Assembly: GCA_012295275.1 (NCBI GenBank)
Contig: CM022675.1
Location: forward strand, 16,988,001-17,052,000
Origin: Chrysomallon squamiferum
Taxonomy: Eukaryota > Animalia > Mollusca
DNA length: 64,000 nt
Direction of reading: 5' to 3'
The notes under the pieces are model-generated. The model made no database searches. It was not told the origin of the DNA and saw nothing but the letters and a program-made list of their open reading frames with translations. Shown piece by piece: positions 29,038 to 54,371 of this stretch (position 1 is the stretch's first letter; every line of letters starts with the position of its first letter). The translations under genes and the position numbers were made by a program.

Positions 29038-29444
29038 TAATAATAATAATAGTAGTAGTAGTAGTAGTAGTAGTATAGTTATGACTGGGAGTATCATTTC
29101 AGTTTCATGATTTCTGTATATACAGGTTTTCAATATTTCTCATTTATCATTTATTACGCGGCAATCTTTTATGAATATATTAACAATGGCTTTGACGCAC
29201 TTTGTCGATGGCTTTTTAGCGTGACAAAATGGCTTAAGAACTGATGCCGACAGGAAATTTCATCTCTGTTCTCTACAGTGATGACCACATTCTGCTGTCA
29301 ACAGTGGAGGAGTTGATTATTTTTTTATTTCATAAAATAATATTTGTTTCGAAATGATCTTTACGGAATGACATATTTAAGTCGGTATTGTGATAACAGA
29401 CAGATGGTGGACATGGGTTTTTAATAGCTTTGATATGGTTTGCT

Positions 29445-29475
<31 letters not shown>

Positions 29476-30439
29476 TAGAAAATAAATTTGCTTACATATT
29501 TAATTCATTTTTGATTTTCATTTCTATATTTCATTGTGAATGTGTTTGTTTAGATATTTTATTCTACTCTAATCAAGTCGAATGTTTTTGTTTTCTTTTT
29601 GTTGTTGTTACAGTTTGAATTCTTTATTTTTATCAGTTTACAATAGGTTTTGTTATTTTGTTTATCGTTTCTAATATAAAGAATATTAAAAATATATAAC
29701 AAGATTCCTTTCATAGACAGACTATCCCTACAGGTTACCATGTATGAACAGTTTTACTTCGATGGTGAAATCAGAACTGTAAGAAATAGAATAAATCGTA
29801 AAATCTCGGCTATCTTGAAAAAAATACAACGGCAGACGCAATTTTCCATCTTACTTAAACTGTCTTTGTAGGATTTGTTAGATATCCAGTTGTAACGTTT
29901 GTCGTAGGATTTAATCTTTTAGTAAGAAATGATTTTTTGCTAAACAGGTAGCGTCTAATGTCAAAGAAAGAAAAAGAGAAAGAGAAAGAGAGAGAAAAAA
30001 ACAAATTATGTATGTAAAGAAGTCTATCTAAATGCAAAATGTTAAAAAAAAAAAAAAAAAACACCAAAAAAAATCCAACAACAACAACGTTATATTAAAA
30101 CAAAACAAAAAATAAATAAAAGAAGGAAGGAAAGGAAAATTAAATGAAGAAAAGTTCAGCTGTACTTCCAATAGGGATAATCTAGTAGAAAAAAAAAACC
30201 AAACAGAATAAATCATATAACATTTACTAAAGAAACAGAAATATTTTATTAAATGTGTCTGTATTAGAGAGAAAATAATTTAAATGAGAGTATATATTTT
30301 GTTCTTGATGCGTTTTTTGTTATATAGAACTGTTTTCGTTTAGAGTTATTAGAAAGTATATAACAGGGATATTTCTGTCAGTAATCTAATAGCGAATACA
30401 ATACTGTTATGTCAAATTCTGTAGTATAGTGTTATGCTT

Positions 30440-30560
30440 TTTCTTATCTATCAGAAGGTGTTCAGAAAATATCCCTTGCTGCTAATCAATAAAAGCAACC
30501 TGAAAAATATATCATCATCAGAGAAAACATAATTTTGGACAATTAATGGCGTCAGTGAAA
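30440..30560 (+). mobile_element. Degenerate SINE-like core fragment
   Basis: aaatatcccttgctgctaatc matches, in the opposite orientation, the motif at ~20669. Confidence 0.3.
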
Positions 30561-31691
30561 TATTTAGAAATCTCATTTACCAAATTTATTACACAATTTT
30601 TTTTACTTTAATTTTAAGTTTGAGGCTGAAATAGAAATAGTTTTACAAATAGTGACTATTCAGATTAATACAGGAATGATAAAAAGTTCATAATGAAAAG
30701 CCCCAGAGTGCCAATATCAGAAAGAAGTGACCGCGCTATGACAGAGTAATACAGATATTGCAGCTTAATGCGATTAACGATGCCATATTAGATTCGAGTG
30801 ATTATAACATTCCGAAATAGCTTAAAGCGACGTTGTCACCCGTATTCTATAAACCAGTCAACTTCTAGTACTGCGCCAAAATAATTCATCTATTTATTTT
30901 CTTAATCTTATTTATTTAGAAGTTTTTATTTTAGTATTTATTTAATATTCAGCGGAGAGACTGCCCTGAAACTGTTTCGTTTGAATGTGAAAAAATTTAA
31001 ATTATGGGAAGTATTTCCAGTTTATGAATTTGATACTGGAACTAATTTTAAACAAATACTTTAGTGCACTGCCTATATATATATATATATATACTGATCA
31101 TTCTGTTGAATTATGGCAAATGATTTGGTACCTGGAATTCGAATGATCGTCCAATAGCCACAAAAGACTGTGCGGTTTGCTCAAGGGCGATAACTAAATA
31201 GGCTAGTGTAACGCGGCCGCGGACACGTTGCTTCTGGTAATTAATTAACCTGAGAGATAAATTTAAATTGATTTTCACCTAATTGGCTTGCTGGTGAGCC
31301 GCTCTGTTCTCGCGGGACGTACACACGATCGTGTGACCTTAAACAATTTTACGTAAAATAGTCTTATTTACTGTAAGATAGCCAAAACTATTTTTAACTT
31401 CTATTCGGTCCTTCCGACTTTATGTGAGTCGACTGCGATAGAAAGGAAAACAACAGTTTGAAGTGATAATTAGTTAACCAAAGTATTAAATTATTTCGTT
31501 TAAGGAGCATAATATGGTGTCTTTTAGACAATTTGGACAGGAATATCTCTCGTACACGAATTCAAGTTCTCGACCCAGGCTGATTTTGTGAGATCACAAA
31601 GTCCTTATAATTTGCAAAAAGCTGTTTCTTTATTTACCGTTTCTGATTTATTAATTTTTTCTTTCTTACTTTTTTTTTTCTTAACCTTCTT

Positions 31692-31722
<31 letters not shown>

Positions 31723-31941
31723 TTATTATTATTATTATTATTATTGTTGTTGTTGTTGTTGTTGTTGTTGCTGCTGTTGTTGTTATTTACACAGTTGTTT
31801 ATTTTGGTGTTAAATATTCCATTTTTTCTAACTTCTATCTTTTTTGCTTTTTTATTAAATTTAATGGTCTTTTTGCCAGCCACAATCTAAAGGGAACAAT
31901 ATAACAATATATATTTTACATATTTATATATAATAATAATA

Positions 31942-31973
<32 letters not shown>

Positions 31974-32979
31974 ACATTTTAAAATTACTTACTCTTATTG
32001 CAATAATTATTTATTAGCTGCAATAGTCCTGGGCAGGAATATTTAAAAATGCGAGAACCAAACAGAGAACTGGATGTTATGTTAATATGTTGGCAGACTA
32101 GCGTAAAGGTTCGATGTAGCTGTTTTAACAGTACACTTGGTTAAATGAATAAACCCTATAGAAGTCGATACCATAATTCGAACTGAAAACCTTCCTAAAC
32201 TTTAATAAAACTGTTTAATAATACCAGTATTAGATCAGTGATTTCATGCTGGAACCGAGACACGGCAGATCAATCCTGCTCAGTCTGCCAGCTGACCACA
32301 GGACTGCATATTTAATTTTTAAAATTTCATTGTACAATGTGCTTTCCTGTGCTTTTCTGCCTTTTGAAAGATACGTGTGTGCTTATGTGTGCGCGCATGT
32401 GTGTATGTGTATAAATAAAACAGTTATCTCAAAAAGTCACAGGTGAGGTTTACTCTGTCACTGTACTGAAACAATGTTTGACAGCTACTGTCGTTAACAA
32501 CAAGAATAATAATAATCATAATCATTATAGGAGTTCATGATATATTTCTTGGACTTAGCGCTTAAAAGTATTTGATGCAAGGTTCCCAGGAAGGGCGCGG
32601 ATAATAAGATGAGATCCCTATTACTGCCAGCTGCAGTGCAGATCGTTAACCACTGAGGCTGGTTGTTGTTTCATACTTTTTGCATCGCATCGATCGACTG
32701 CTCCGTCTACTGATACCCCGCAGTAGTGCCTAGCATGATTACATCGTAAGCCTGCAAGCGTTGTATTTCAGAACCGGTTATTCATCACCAGCATCAAAAT
32801 GCCAGGCTATGAAGAAACCCAACATGGCGGAATGGCAGCACTTCTTCGTCTAATGAATTGCTAACGTTCGTTGATATTTGTAAACAGTTTATTTATGGCG
32901 TTGTCTGGCCTATATGGTTATCGCTTCACAAAAGTTCTTTGATACGAACCCTCGATAAAAAGAAAAAACAAATTAAAAT

Positions 32980-39710
<6,731 letters not shown>

Positions 39711-42700
39711 GTAAAGTGATCACACCTCATCTTGGACATCTTTACTGAATGCTGAGCCAAAACACATTTAACATGTAACATATTTGATTTACTGAAAAGT
39801 ACTGAAAAGTTGTAATCTCATTACTAAACTAAACCTAGCATTATTAATTCTCTAGCAGGCCAGTATTAGTTCTTTTTACTTCGGTGTGTGAATGCGTGTG
39901 CGAGCGCTTGCCTTTTTTCATATTTATTTTAACAACCAAGAATAAATTTTACCCCAGGTTGATTATAATTTTCTATTTTATTATTATTTGCTTCATTTAT
40001 TTATTTATTGAAATGTGATTCTATAACACTATCATGAAGATCTGTGGAGTCAAATATTCTAAATTACTATTAATATTATAAGTGATAAAAAGAAATAAAA
40101 TAAGCTAAAATAAAATGTCAGGTATTCAAACATTGAGTCAGTTAAGTCTTCTGCTTGATATCTGTTATGTTTAATTCAGGTTAAAATGTTTATCATAATG
40201 CTAAAATGTTTTGCATTTAATGCATTAACAACAAATGTGGTGATGGTAAAATCTTTTAAATTGTGTATTATTATGATATATGTTAATTAGTTATGTGTTA
40301 TTTGTCCTGATTAAAATGTGTGTAACAGCAGAGCTGATGGTATAATAACGTAGTCAGTTGAACTGTGTAACAATAATTTAATGTAAAGGTGGCGTTAGAA
40401 AAAGAGATGATGTTATTTGTTTATATTTAATTCTTTCAGTTTTCGATGAAATATAATAAATAATAAACTATTGGAAATTTTAAAGAGTTTATTTTGAAAT
40501 TATTTTACTAACCTAACAGAAAGTTATTTCTCAACACACACACACACGCACGCACGCACGCACGCACACATACACACGCACAGGCACAGCTGAAAACCGG
40601 TTATATAAAGAGGCGGATATGTGTTGTTTTTATATCCATCCCCTTACAAATAATATAAATTAACACAAATAAAATTAATGTTTATTTGATGCCTTATGTA
40701 GTAATGGACATTGTGGATGTTCTATTGTTAATGAGGCATTTGCTTAGCATATATGTTTGTGTGTGCGTTGCGTTTGTGTAAGTCTGTGTGTGTGTGTGTG
40801 TGTGTATATTATGTATGAATATCATCTCATTTCATATCACAGAGTATTTAAGTGTATCTCGTAGTATATTTCTAAATTATGTTTCAGATACGCACTTTTC
40901 CTGTTAAATTGATCTTTGTGTGTGCGAAACGACATCACTGCATATTTCGGATTCGCGATATTATTACATATTTTAATAAAAATAGATATAATTAGTAGTC
41001 ATTGCCTGGCGAGAGCAAACTACTTCAAAGAGTCTCTGCGTCGTTACCTTGCGTAAATGTCGAACTTAAAAGAACCAACGTTTTCCGTGTTATCTCGAAG
41101 AAACGCATGAATTAGAGTTTTCATTATCAATTTTTTCTTTTCTAAACTTCAAAAGATATTTCTGAAACTATCTGTAAAATTTTAGATTTTTTTTATACCC
41201 ATTCAGTTTTTCCCCTATTTTATCATTTATTTGAACTTTAAATGTCTTTAAAGATTTGAAATTAAAAGCATTTTTATTGTTTCTTTTAATTATTTTTAAC
41301 TAAATAAATAAGAGTTCTCCTGAAGAGTGAAGCGATGCCAATAGCATAGATGTAAATAAAATGTGCACTAGACAACAGTAATTTTTCTTCCTTTTTATTT
41401 ATTTTTTTTTTTTTATTTTTATTTTTATTTTTTTTTTTTTGATTGTATTTACCTCGCAAACACCAGGAACTGTAGGAAACTGAAGTTGAAAATGAATACG
41501 AAAAAACATGTTTTATAGAAAACAAATTGTCCTTTTTGCACATTTCTCTTTCATATTCTTATTACAAAACAAAACCTGCGTTAATCTCTTTCTTTTCTGG
41601 TCTGGTTTCACAACATCTAAAAACATTACCTGTACTGAAATGGTATGACAACTAGAATTGTGAAATATGCAACAAACGTAATAAAAAATGAAACCCAAAA
41701 AAGAAATCTGTCCATAACCACAGCCATCTGCTGCCACTCCGCCACAATCAGCGTCTTTGACTCGCTTTCCCACGTCCAGCAGCGATACAGTGACTCCTCT
41801 CTGACGTTATCCACATTTCCTGTGTTTCTCTCGGCTGATTTTCCTCGAACCTCTACAGTGTAATCCACGCCTTTCCCTTGATCAACAGTTGATGTTTCCA
41901 ATTTATTATCGGTTGCAGTTCCTTCTCTCGTTTTAACGTTGTTTCTTTTGTTAGGCTCTGTTGACATCACATCTGCTGTGGCTCTGCCATCCTTCCTGGC
42001 TGCTGTTGCTGGTTCGTCACTAATTTGTTCAGAGACATTTCTTATGACACTGCTTTCTCCTGTAGCTACTTGTGATGCACCTCTGGGGAAGTCATCTGTG
42101 TCGTTAGGATTGTTGCAGTGTACGTCTGCCTGAGTCGTTACAGTGTTACTTCCCTCATTCGTGTCAGCACTTGTATTATCAGCACTGCAGACATTTCTTT
42201 CTTGATCCGCATTGTTTTCAGTCCTTGCAGCGGCATCCCTTCTGATGACAAAATCACGAAAACTGTCATTCTGTGAAATACAGGAATGCAGATAAAAGAA
42301 CAGAGAAAGAGAAAAAGATTTATACATAATAATAATTAAAGGCTCAAAACAATATACTCACATTGAAGAAATACGGGACAGTTATTGTTATTATTTAAAC
42401 TCTTGGGACATATCATCAGTTAATGAACACATCAACATGATCTAGATCACATTTCAGCCAATGAATCAGTTTCCATATGCAAGGATGAGAAATCTCACAT
42501 TTTTTCCTAAACCCGTTTTAAGTATGTGTTATTTGCAATATGGTTTGTTATTTTTCTTCTTAAGAAATGTCTCTAGATTAGAATATTTGCTCAGACAGAT
42601 CTATTTAATTAATTATTACTAAGAATATTTAGAAATGGGTCGATCATACGTTATGGTAATTACTGATTATAACTACATATGAGAGTATAGGAAAGCTTAC

Positions 42701-45700
42701 CAGATATATTTGTAACTTACCAGTTTTACACGAATAGCAAGCATATTCATGTCGTAGGTCATTCTTAACATTTTGGATATCCAGTTAAGAATCAGTTTTC
42801 TGACCCAAAATGGCGCCCGTCTCATCTTCATGCCGCGGTTGTAGATGTTGATGACGATTACGCCAAGAATAACGGAGACAGATGTCATTGCCATAACAAC
42901 GCACAAGTAAATCCCTAAAGAAGAAGAAAAATAGTTTTAGAAGAATGTTGTTTGTATGTAGGAAGTATATAAATGTATTGTAGCAGCCGGTGTGCATGCA
43001 AATATTTAACTGCATATGTGCAAGAGATCTAGGTGAATAATATATGTACGTGTCTCTATGAGTATATCCCTTACTCTCTATTTATGTTTTTCTCACATCT
43101 AAAATGAATACAAGTTGAATACAAATCTATAAACTAAAATGAGATAGACTGCTACTAAGCTTATATTCTTGATATGATAAAAACACAGGTAATTTAGACT
43201 GTCGTGCAGTAAGATGTTTTTAATTAAACAAAATATACCGAGGATTACGAACCTATCAAGGGAACATCCTCTGACGTCGCCGGAACTTCTTCTGCCACCA
43301 GCAGCATAAACATGAAGAAAGTTAGAAAGACTGAAAGACCCATTGGTATCTTTTCTGTTGACGTTGGCGGCAACCAGAACGTGAACAGCATCAATACAGA
43401 CAACATGATGCACGGCACAATGATGTTTGCCATGTAATAAAAAGTATTTCTACGCATAAATAAGCGAAGTGAAATGCTAGCCTTTGGCTCAGAGCACCCA
43501 TCTTTTGCAGTGCTGCATTTCTGCAAGGTCACAGAAAGTAGTTCCCACTCCGTGTTACGTATGTAGTAGCCCATATCCACTGCCGTGTCGTTGTTTTTCG
43601 TGACATAGTCAACCCAGCTCTCGTCGTATGCGAAAGATCCAAAAAGAATGAAACATTTTTGTTCATCGAAGGGAAAAAGAAGAATGTTCACCTTGCAGGA
43701 TGTTTGAAGTTTCAGAGGGACAGGCCAGAAAATCAGTCCGTCATAATGGATGAGAACGTATTTTCCCTGAAGAAAACCTGATGTTGCTTCGTCAGCACTG
43801 AAAAGTGTATTGAAAGTGTAAAGAATGAATAGTATATGACATCTTTTTACAGTGTCTAGGCTATCGATATTACAACTAATTATTAAGCAAACTAGCATCT
43901 ATTAAAATATTTCTACTTACATGCACACTTTTATTCACAATATATATATATATATATATATTGTCTTACTAACCATCTGCCTATCTGTTTATTTATATGA
44001 CTGTCATCTAAGGTTGTTTTGTTTTTTTCTTGTTCTGACTCATGTTGGTTTTCAACTAATAAAAGTATAGTGTTAAAACGATTATGACCAATTAACAATC
44101 AGAGGCGATTTTTTTTTTTTTTTTTTTTTTTAATTCCGCGTATCCTACTTGTTGTAGATTAATGTATCTGGTTTCCAAATGTCGTCTGCTGGAACTCTGA
44201 GTGAACAAACGCCATTGTACTGCTCGGGATCCCATTTGAGGTTTTCGTCTGTCCATTCCTGAATACAAATAAATTTAAAATAAACTAATAATAATAATAA
44301 TAATATAAGCCTAATTTATTTTTATTTATTATTATTATTATTATTTTTTTTTTTTTTTTTTTTATTATTATCATTATTAATGGTATTGTGAGTATTAATA
44401 ATTGTCATTATCATTATATTATTACTATTAAAATTACTGTTGTTCTCAGGGCTTTCAATCTGTTTTGGAATAAAACAGAAAAGATTAAAGTAGTAAGAAA
44501 CATATTTTTTTTATTATTATTTTATTTTTACTATTACGTAAGAACTACTGTTTGGACGTAGCTCTGATAGCACACTGAGCACTAGTACAAGTGGTATAAG
44601 TGAGGCCCAGAAACGGGTCTTGGAGATCTCCTAGAATCCTTTTTTAAATGAGAAAGTCTGCTCAGTAATCATTTGTATACAATATAGAACATCTAGACTT
44701 TTTTAATACTAAAAAATCATTTTCCTTCGGCTGTATTTCGTTTAATGCTATTCCGTCTTTTTAGACTGCTACCTCTGCGTGATCTTCCGTTTGTCTTTTC
44801 ATTCGACTCTGACGAGCTGACGAGACGAAACTAAGTGAATATAAACTGTTTGTACTCAATGTTTCATGCAGAAGTGATCCTCTCGACCTCCCTTAATCAT
44901 TACAAATATTAGCTTTATATAACTCATGTTTACCAAAAGAACTAGGCAGAAATAAACAACTTGTAAAACAAGTTAAGACTGTGAGTAAACAGAAATAGTT
45001 TTTAGGGACGAAATATTTTCAGCCACTTAGATAGCTACTGCTGGGGCAAAATCAGTTCGACTGCAGACTCCACAAAGTGATTTAAAATCTTAGTGCATGC
45101 CAAAAAAAAAAAAAAAAATGCCGAAATAGTTGAACTTTCTTGGATCTAAAGATAAACTTAAAATATGCACACATTTAGTTGCAAATTGAGCTTATTTCGA
45201 TATCTAAAAAACTGGCATAACACTAAAAATACATTTGTGTTAATATCATTATTAATTATTTTGGTGTTGTCGTTGTTGTTTAGAGAAAGTAGCCCTAGTA
45301 AATTCAGATCCACCCTGCATCCGACTTAATTTGAAAATCTGTTTTTGTTGTTACATTACTATTGCTGAAATTACACAAATGATAATGTTAGCTCATTTTT
45401 TAACATTCTCTAGAATAATATTATATCTTTTATTGATTGGAGTGTGGACAAATTAAATTTAAAATGGAAAATATATCATTAATTAAAATGAGGCATACCG
45501 TTTTAAATGATTAGTCGCCGCTGAACGATTTATCTAGTTGATTTTCATTATGTTAAACTCATACTCTGATCAAATGGTTTATGGCGAAATTGCATAAGTA
45601 AAGATTGGAATGAATGTTTATTGTTGAGTTTGTTTTGTTTTGTTTTTGTTTGTTTGTTTGTTTTTTTTTTTTTTTTTTTTTTTTGGTTGTTGTTTTTATC

Positions 45701-46239
45701 GTCAGCAATGCATTTTTTTTATGTTCTGAAATGTAAACAAGAATAAGAAAACTGGTTTAATAATAAGTTTATGAGTTATGTATTTCACGTCTGTAACGTG
45801 CTAAACAAACAGCCAAATAAAATCACTGAAATGTTGTTGTTTTGTTTACTGAAAGAAACTCCAAGTAATCAAATCGAGCTGTTAGTCAAATGATTTGTCA
45901 TAAGATGACCTCTATAATGATAGTCCGGTTAAACAATTTACAGAAACAAACAGTAAAACTCCATCGTCATAACAATGAACGATGAGAGGCAATAGACCGG
46001 TCTCATCAAATGTTGCGCTGTATATACTTAACATTAAAATAACTAAGGACCGATCGATTACAGCTATCAACTTACAACATTATAATTAGCAATAAAACTG
46101 CTAAACATTGAACGAGAATCTCAATTTAAATGTCTAACGTAGTTTCAAGCAAACGCACTTCGTAGCTATATTTTAGGCTATTACCCAAAATATTATACTG
46201 AAAAAATGAACGAGAACGAATCTAGCGCCTGCTAATTAA

Positions 46240-46479
46240 GTAAACAAACATCTTCGCAGAAACTTATCTGTTGAAGATAAAGACTGACGTTTTCACCGGC
46301 GTGAATCGAGTTAAATCACAGACGATGATGTAAACAAACATCTTCGCAGAAACTTATCTGTTGAAGATAAGTAGATTGTCCTGAAGTCAGTGTTTGCGGA
46401 AGTTAATTTGCTGAACGATAAACTAATAAAGACTGACGTTTTCACCGGCGTGAATCGAGTTAAATCACAGACGATGATG
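46240..46479. repeat. Interleaved local duplication A-B-A-C-B in intron 3 of receptor B
   Basis: A = gtaaacaaacatcttcgcagaaacttatctgttgaagataa (46240, 46330). B = taaagactgacgttttcaccggcgtgaatcgagttaaatcacagacgatgatg (~46278, ~46426). Confidence 0.9.
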
Positions 46480-46533
46480 AACTGAGTCAGTTACAAACCA
46501 TGATGTAAGAAGTTTTCAATTGAATTTCGATAG

Positions 46534-49759
<3,226 letters not shown>

Positions 49760-51032
49760 TTCACTCTAAATTTTATTTACAATTCGAAAGTTTCAAAACT
49801 GTTGAAGACTTTTATTTGATAAATAACTGCAGAGGTATGATAGTTAGTTCTTAACCAGTTTTGTACTGACGCTGCTGTTGGCTCTGTTTTCGAACCTGAC
49901 ATCCTCACTTAGCTAGAAATGTTAGGTGAGACAAGTTCACAACTTCTAACTTCTGTACAGCCTCACCTGCATGGTGTCTGTCGTCGAGCGTATAAGCACG
50001 TATACACTGGACATTTTCCCCGCAACTCTTTCTTTTTTTAAGAGTTGAATACAAATTGTTTAAAAACAATAATAAAGTAACAATTTCGTTGTTTGTGGGT
50101 TTTTCCTGTGTATGATAAGCTGTGTATATACAATTTTAAGAAAGTAATATCCAATAACCTACGAATCGAAAATAATTAACGTAAATAGTACATGCACTTT
50201 TTGTACACCTCCTCTACAAATACAGAAAGGCCCTCCCCTATAATTAATATATATCTTTTTTCACGCACAAATAAATAAAGAAACAGAATGTTAGTGACTG
50301 CTATGTTGTATTGCTTGCAAATTATCCCACACGGTAACTTGCTGTATAAGTTACGTCTTCCAGATTTTGACACAGCTGTGTCACATCTCGCCTCTGTGTG
50401 CCAGTACTCATTAACGTAACAACAACAGAATAGAATAATATTACAAAGGATTATTTTATTCTGAGAAATTAACACATTATACACTACAGTACAGTATATA
50501 TTAAATCTATACTAACTTATTCAAAAATTAAAAAGATAATAAGTACAGAAAAACAAATAATAAATAAGATATTCTATTCAAGGATAAATATACCATAATA
50601 TCAACAAAAAAAAAAAAAAAAAAACTGAAATATACAAGTAAAGCATTTATAAATGTTTTAGTGAATTAAAAAAAAAAAAAAAAAAAAAAAATTATTTCAT
50701 CGTCACACTGTAACTGTATAACTGCTAACAAAAAAATTCCTAATTGAACGCAAATGCATATACATCGAATATTTTGTAAAAAAATTATATTATTTTTATA
50801 TAATAACTATTAAACTAAAAAATAAAGTTAGAAATTCCGTCTACACTATTCTGGTTATCTATTTCATCTGTTTCAGTAGAACAAAATTCATCTTGAACAA
50901 CAAAACTGATGAATAAAATTTTGAAATAAGAGTTGAATATATATTTACCAAACATGTTCAAAGATAACAGTGCATATATAAGGAATATTATATATTGTAA
51001 GTACATGTCTTATAGGCGGTGTCTCTGTTGAA

Positions 51033-51063
<31 letters not shown>

Positions 51064-51656
51064 GCTATTGAGTTGAATTCGATGCTGTAATGTATATGTA
51101 TATATGTATGTATGTTTGTGTGTATGTGTGTGTTTGTGTGTATGTATATTGTTGTACTTAATTTATTTTCAAGTATTTGCAATTTTATTTATTATATGTA
51201 GATGTCAATTACAACATATTATTTTGTGGGTGTGTGTCTGTGCATATATCTAAATAGTATAAGTACACTAGTAATGTACAATGAACTTAACATAAAACAA
51301 CAAATTATATCAGCAAAACGATTTCTATTAGTATCTATCCTTTAAAAACGTACATCTATTCTGTTTAATCAAATTAACAAAACAAACCAAAACAAAATAA
51401 AAAAGTAATCTAACGTTTCTGTGGAACATTCACCTGTTAGTTTGATTCTGCACACCAGTCTGTAAATACATACTTTATATTCCATGAATCAGAAACAGTT
51501 TTTATTATTTGTTTTTATTCGAATCAGAGCCAATAACATTATGTCATTTCTTTAAGAATGCGCTACAAAATGACAGGGACATAAGTTGATACTAGTACAT
51601 GTTTTTGCTTTTTCGTTTCATCATGTTTTCTGTTTTTCAGCAACAGGTTGTGGTTA

Positions 51657-52885
<1,229 letters not shown>

Positions 52886-54224
52886 CACGTGCTGTTTGTC
52901 ACCGGTCAGTTTTCTGTAGTAAATAAATACATTTTATTAAACATAAATATTACCATCACTACAAGTATCACTATTACTACTGCCAGTACTACTACAGATA
53001 CTATTCTTTTTTTTACAATAATGGAACTACTACTATTGCCATAACATATATATATATATATTAAAAGTAGTAGTAGTAATAGTAGTAGCATTCCATCAGT
53101 AGAAATAATAGTAATAGTAATAACGTGAGGAATGGGGTTTGTAGTAGCTGTGGAGGTATAGATGTAGTGGTAGTAGTAGTAATCGCAGTTGCAGTAGCAG
53201 TAGTAATAGCAGTAGTGGTAGTGGTGGTGGCGGTGGTGATAAAAATAGTGCTAATGGTGATAGTTGTGTTAATTAACAGGAAATGAACAACGAAAACAGC
53301 ACTTTTATAATGCACAATGAAACGTGGCTAAATAAAATAGGAAATCCATTAATGCAACTCTTGGCAAAAATTCGTTATTTAAAAAACAAAATGAAAAAAT
53401 ATAAATATATTAACTTTAGCATGCATGGGCTTACTGACGTCATAGTAGAAGTGCAATTTCTTTTTTACAAATAACAAATAGAACTACACTATACATAATC
53501 AGAATCTATCAGCATGAAAAGCGATACACAAAACTCATTACACACAGCTGCTGTGTGTTTTAAAATGTCATTATTATATGAGTCACGTCTCTGTTATTAC
53601 TAGGTTATTATATCTGCCGGGATATGCCATTGCTGACAAGGTCGAATCAACATTCAGTAACGATTTTACGATATTACACGTTCAAATGACTTCAAAACTC
53701 GATATCATGGCTAGTTTGTTAAATAGTTTATGTCTGCATTATTATAAAGTTTTATGTAATCATAATATTTTTATCTAATTTTAATAATAATAATTATTAT
53801 TATATGCGCAAAATAATACACACTTTCATAAAATTAAGGATATTGCAATATATGCAATATACGTCAATTAGCGCTACAGTGTGGACAAACATACAACTGT
53901 AATGTACGTAAGTATGTGTGGACGTATGTATGTATATATGTGTGGAGGGATGGATGGATGGACATAGATATAAATAAACATAGATAAATGAAGATAAAGA
54001 ATGACAGACACTCAGACAAACAGATACATAGACTGGCCGGCAGATAGATAGATAGACATCAGACTGAACGTTTGTCAGACAGACAGACAGAAGAGAGAGA
54101 GGCATAGAGACAGAAAGACAGACATATAGAGAGACAGACATACAGATAGACTGAAAGACAGCGACAGACAGACAGACTGTGAATGGGTGGTTTGGTAGGT
54201 AGACAGATAAATAGATTGACAGAG

Positions 54225-54256
<32 letters not shown>

Positions 54257-54327
54257 GGGTATATGGATAGACAGAAAAATAAATAGCTAGACAGAGAGAT
54301 AGACAGATAAATAAATAGACAGACAGG

Positions 54328-54371
<44 letters not shown>

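Noticed and set aside
49850-49930. tRNA gene (minus-strand GGTTCGAAA B-box-like motif)
   Set aside because: No cloverleaf or acceptor stem. At most a decayed SINE head.
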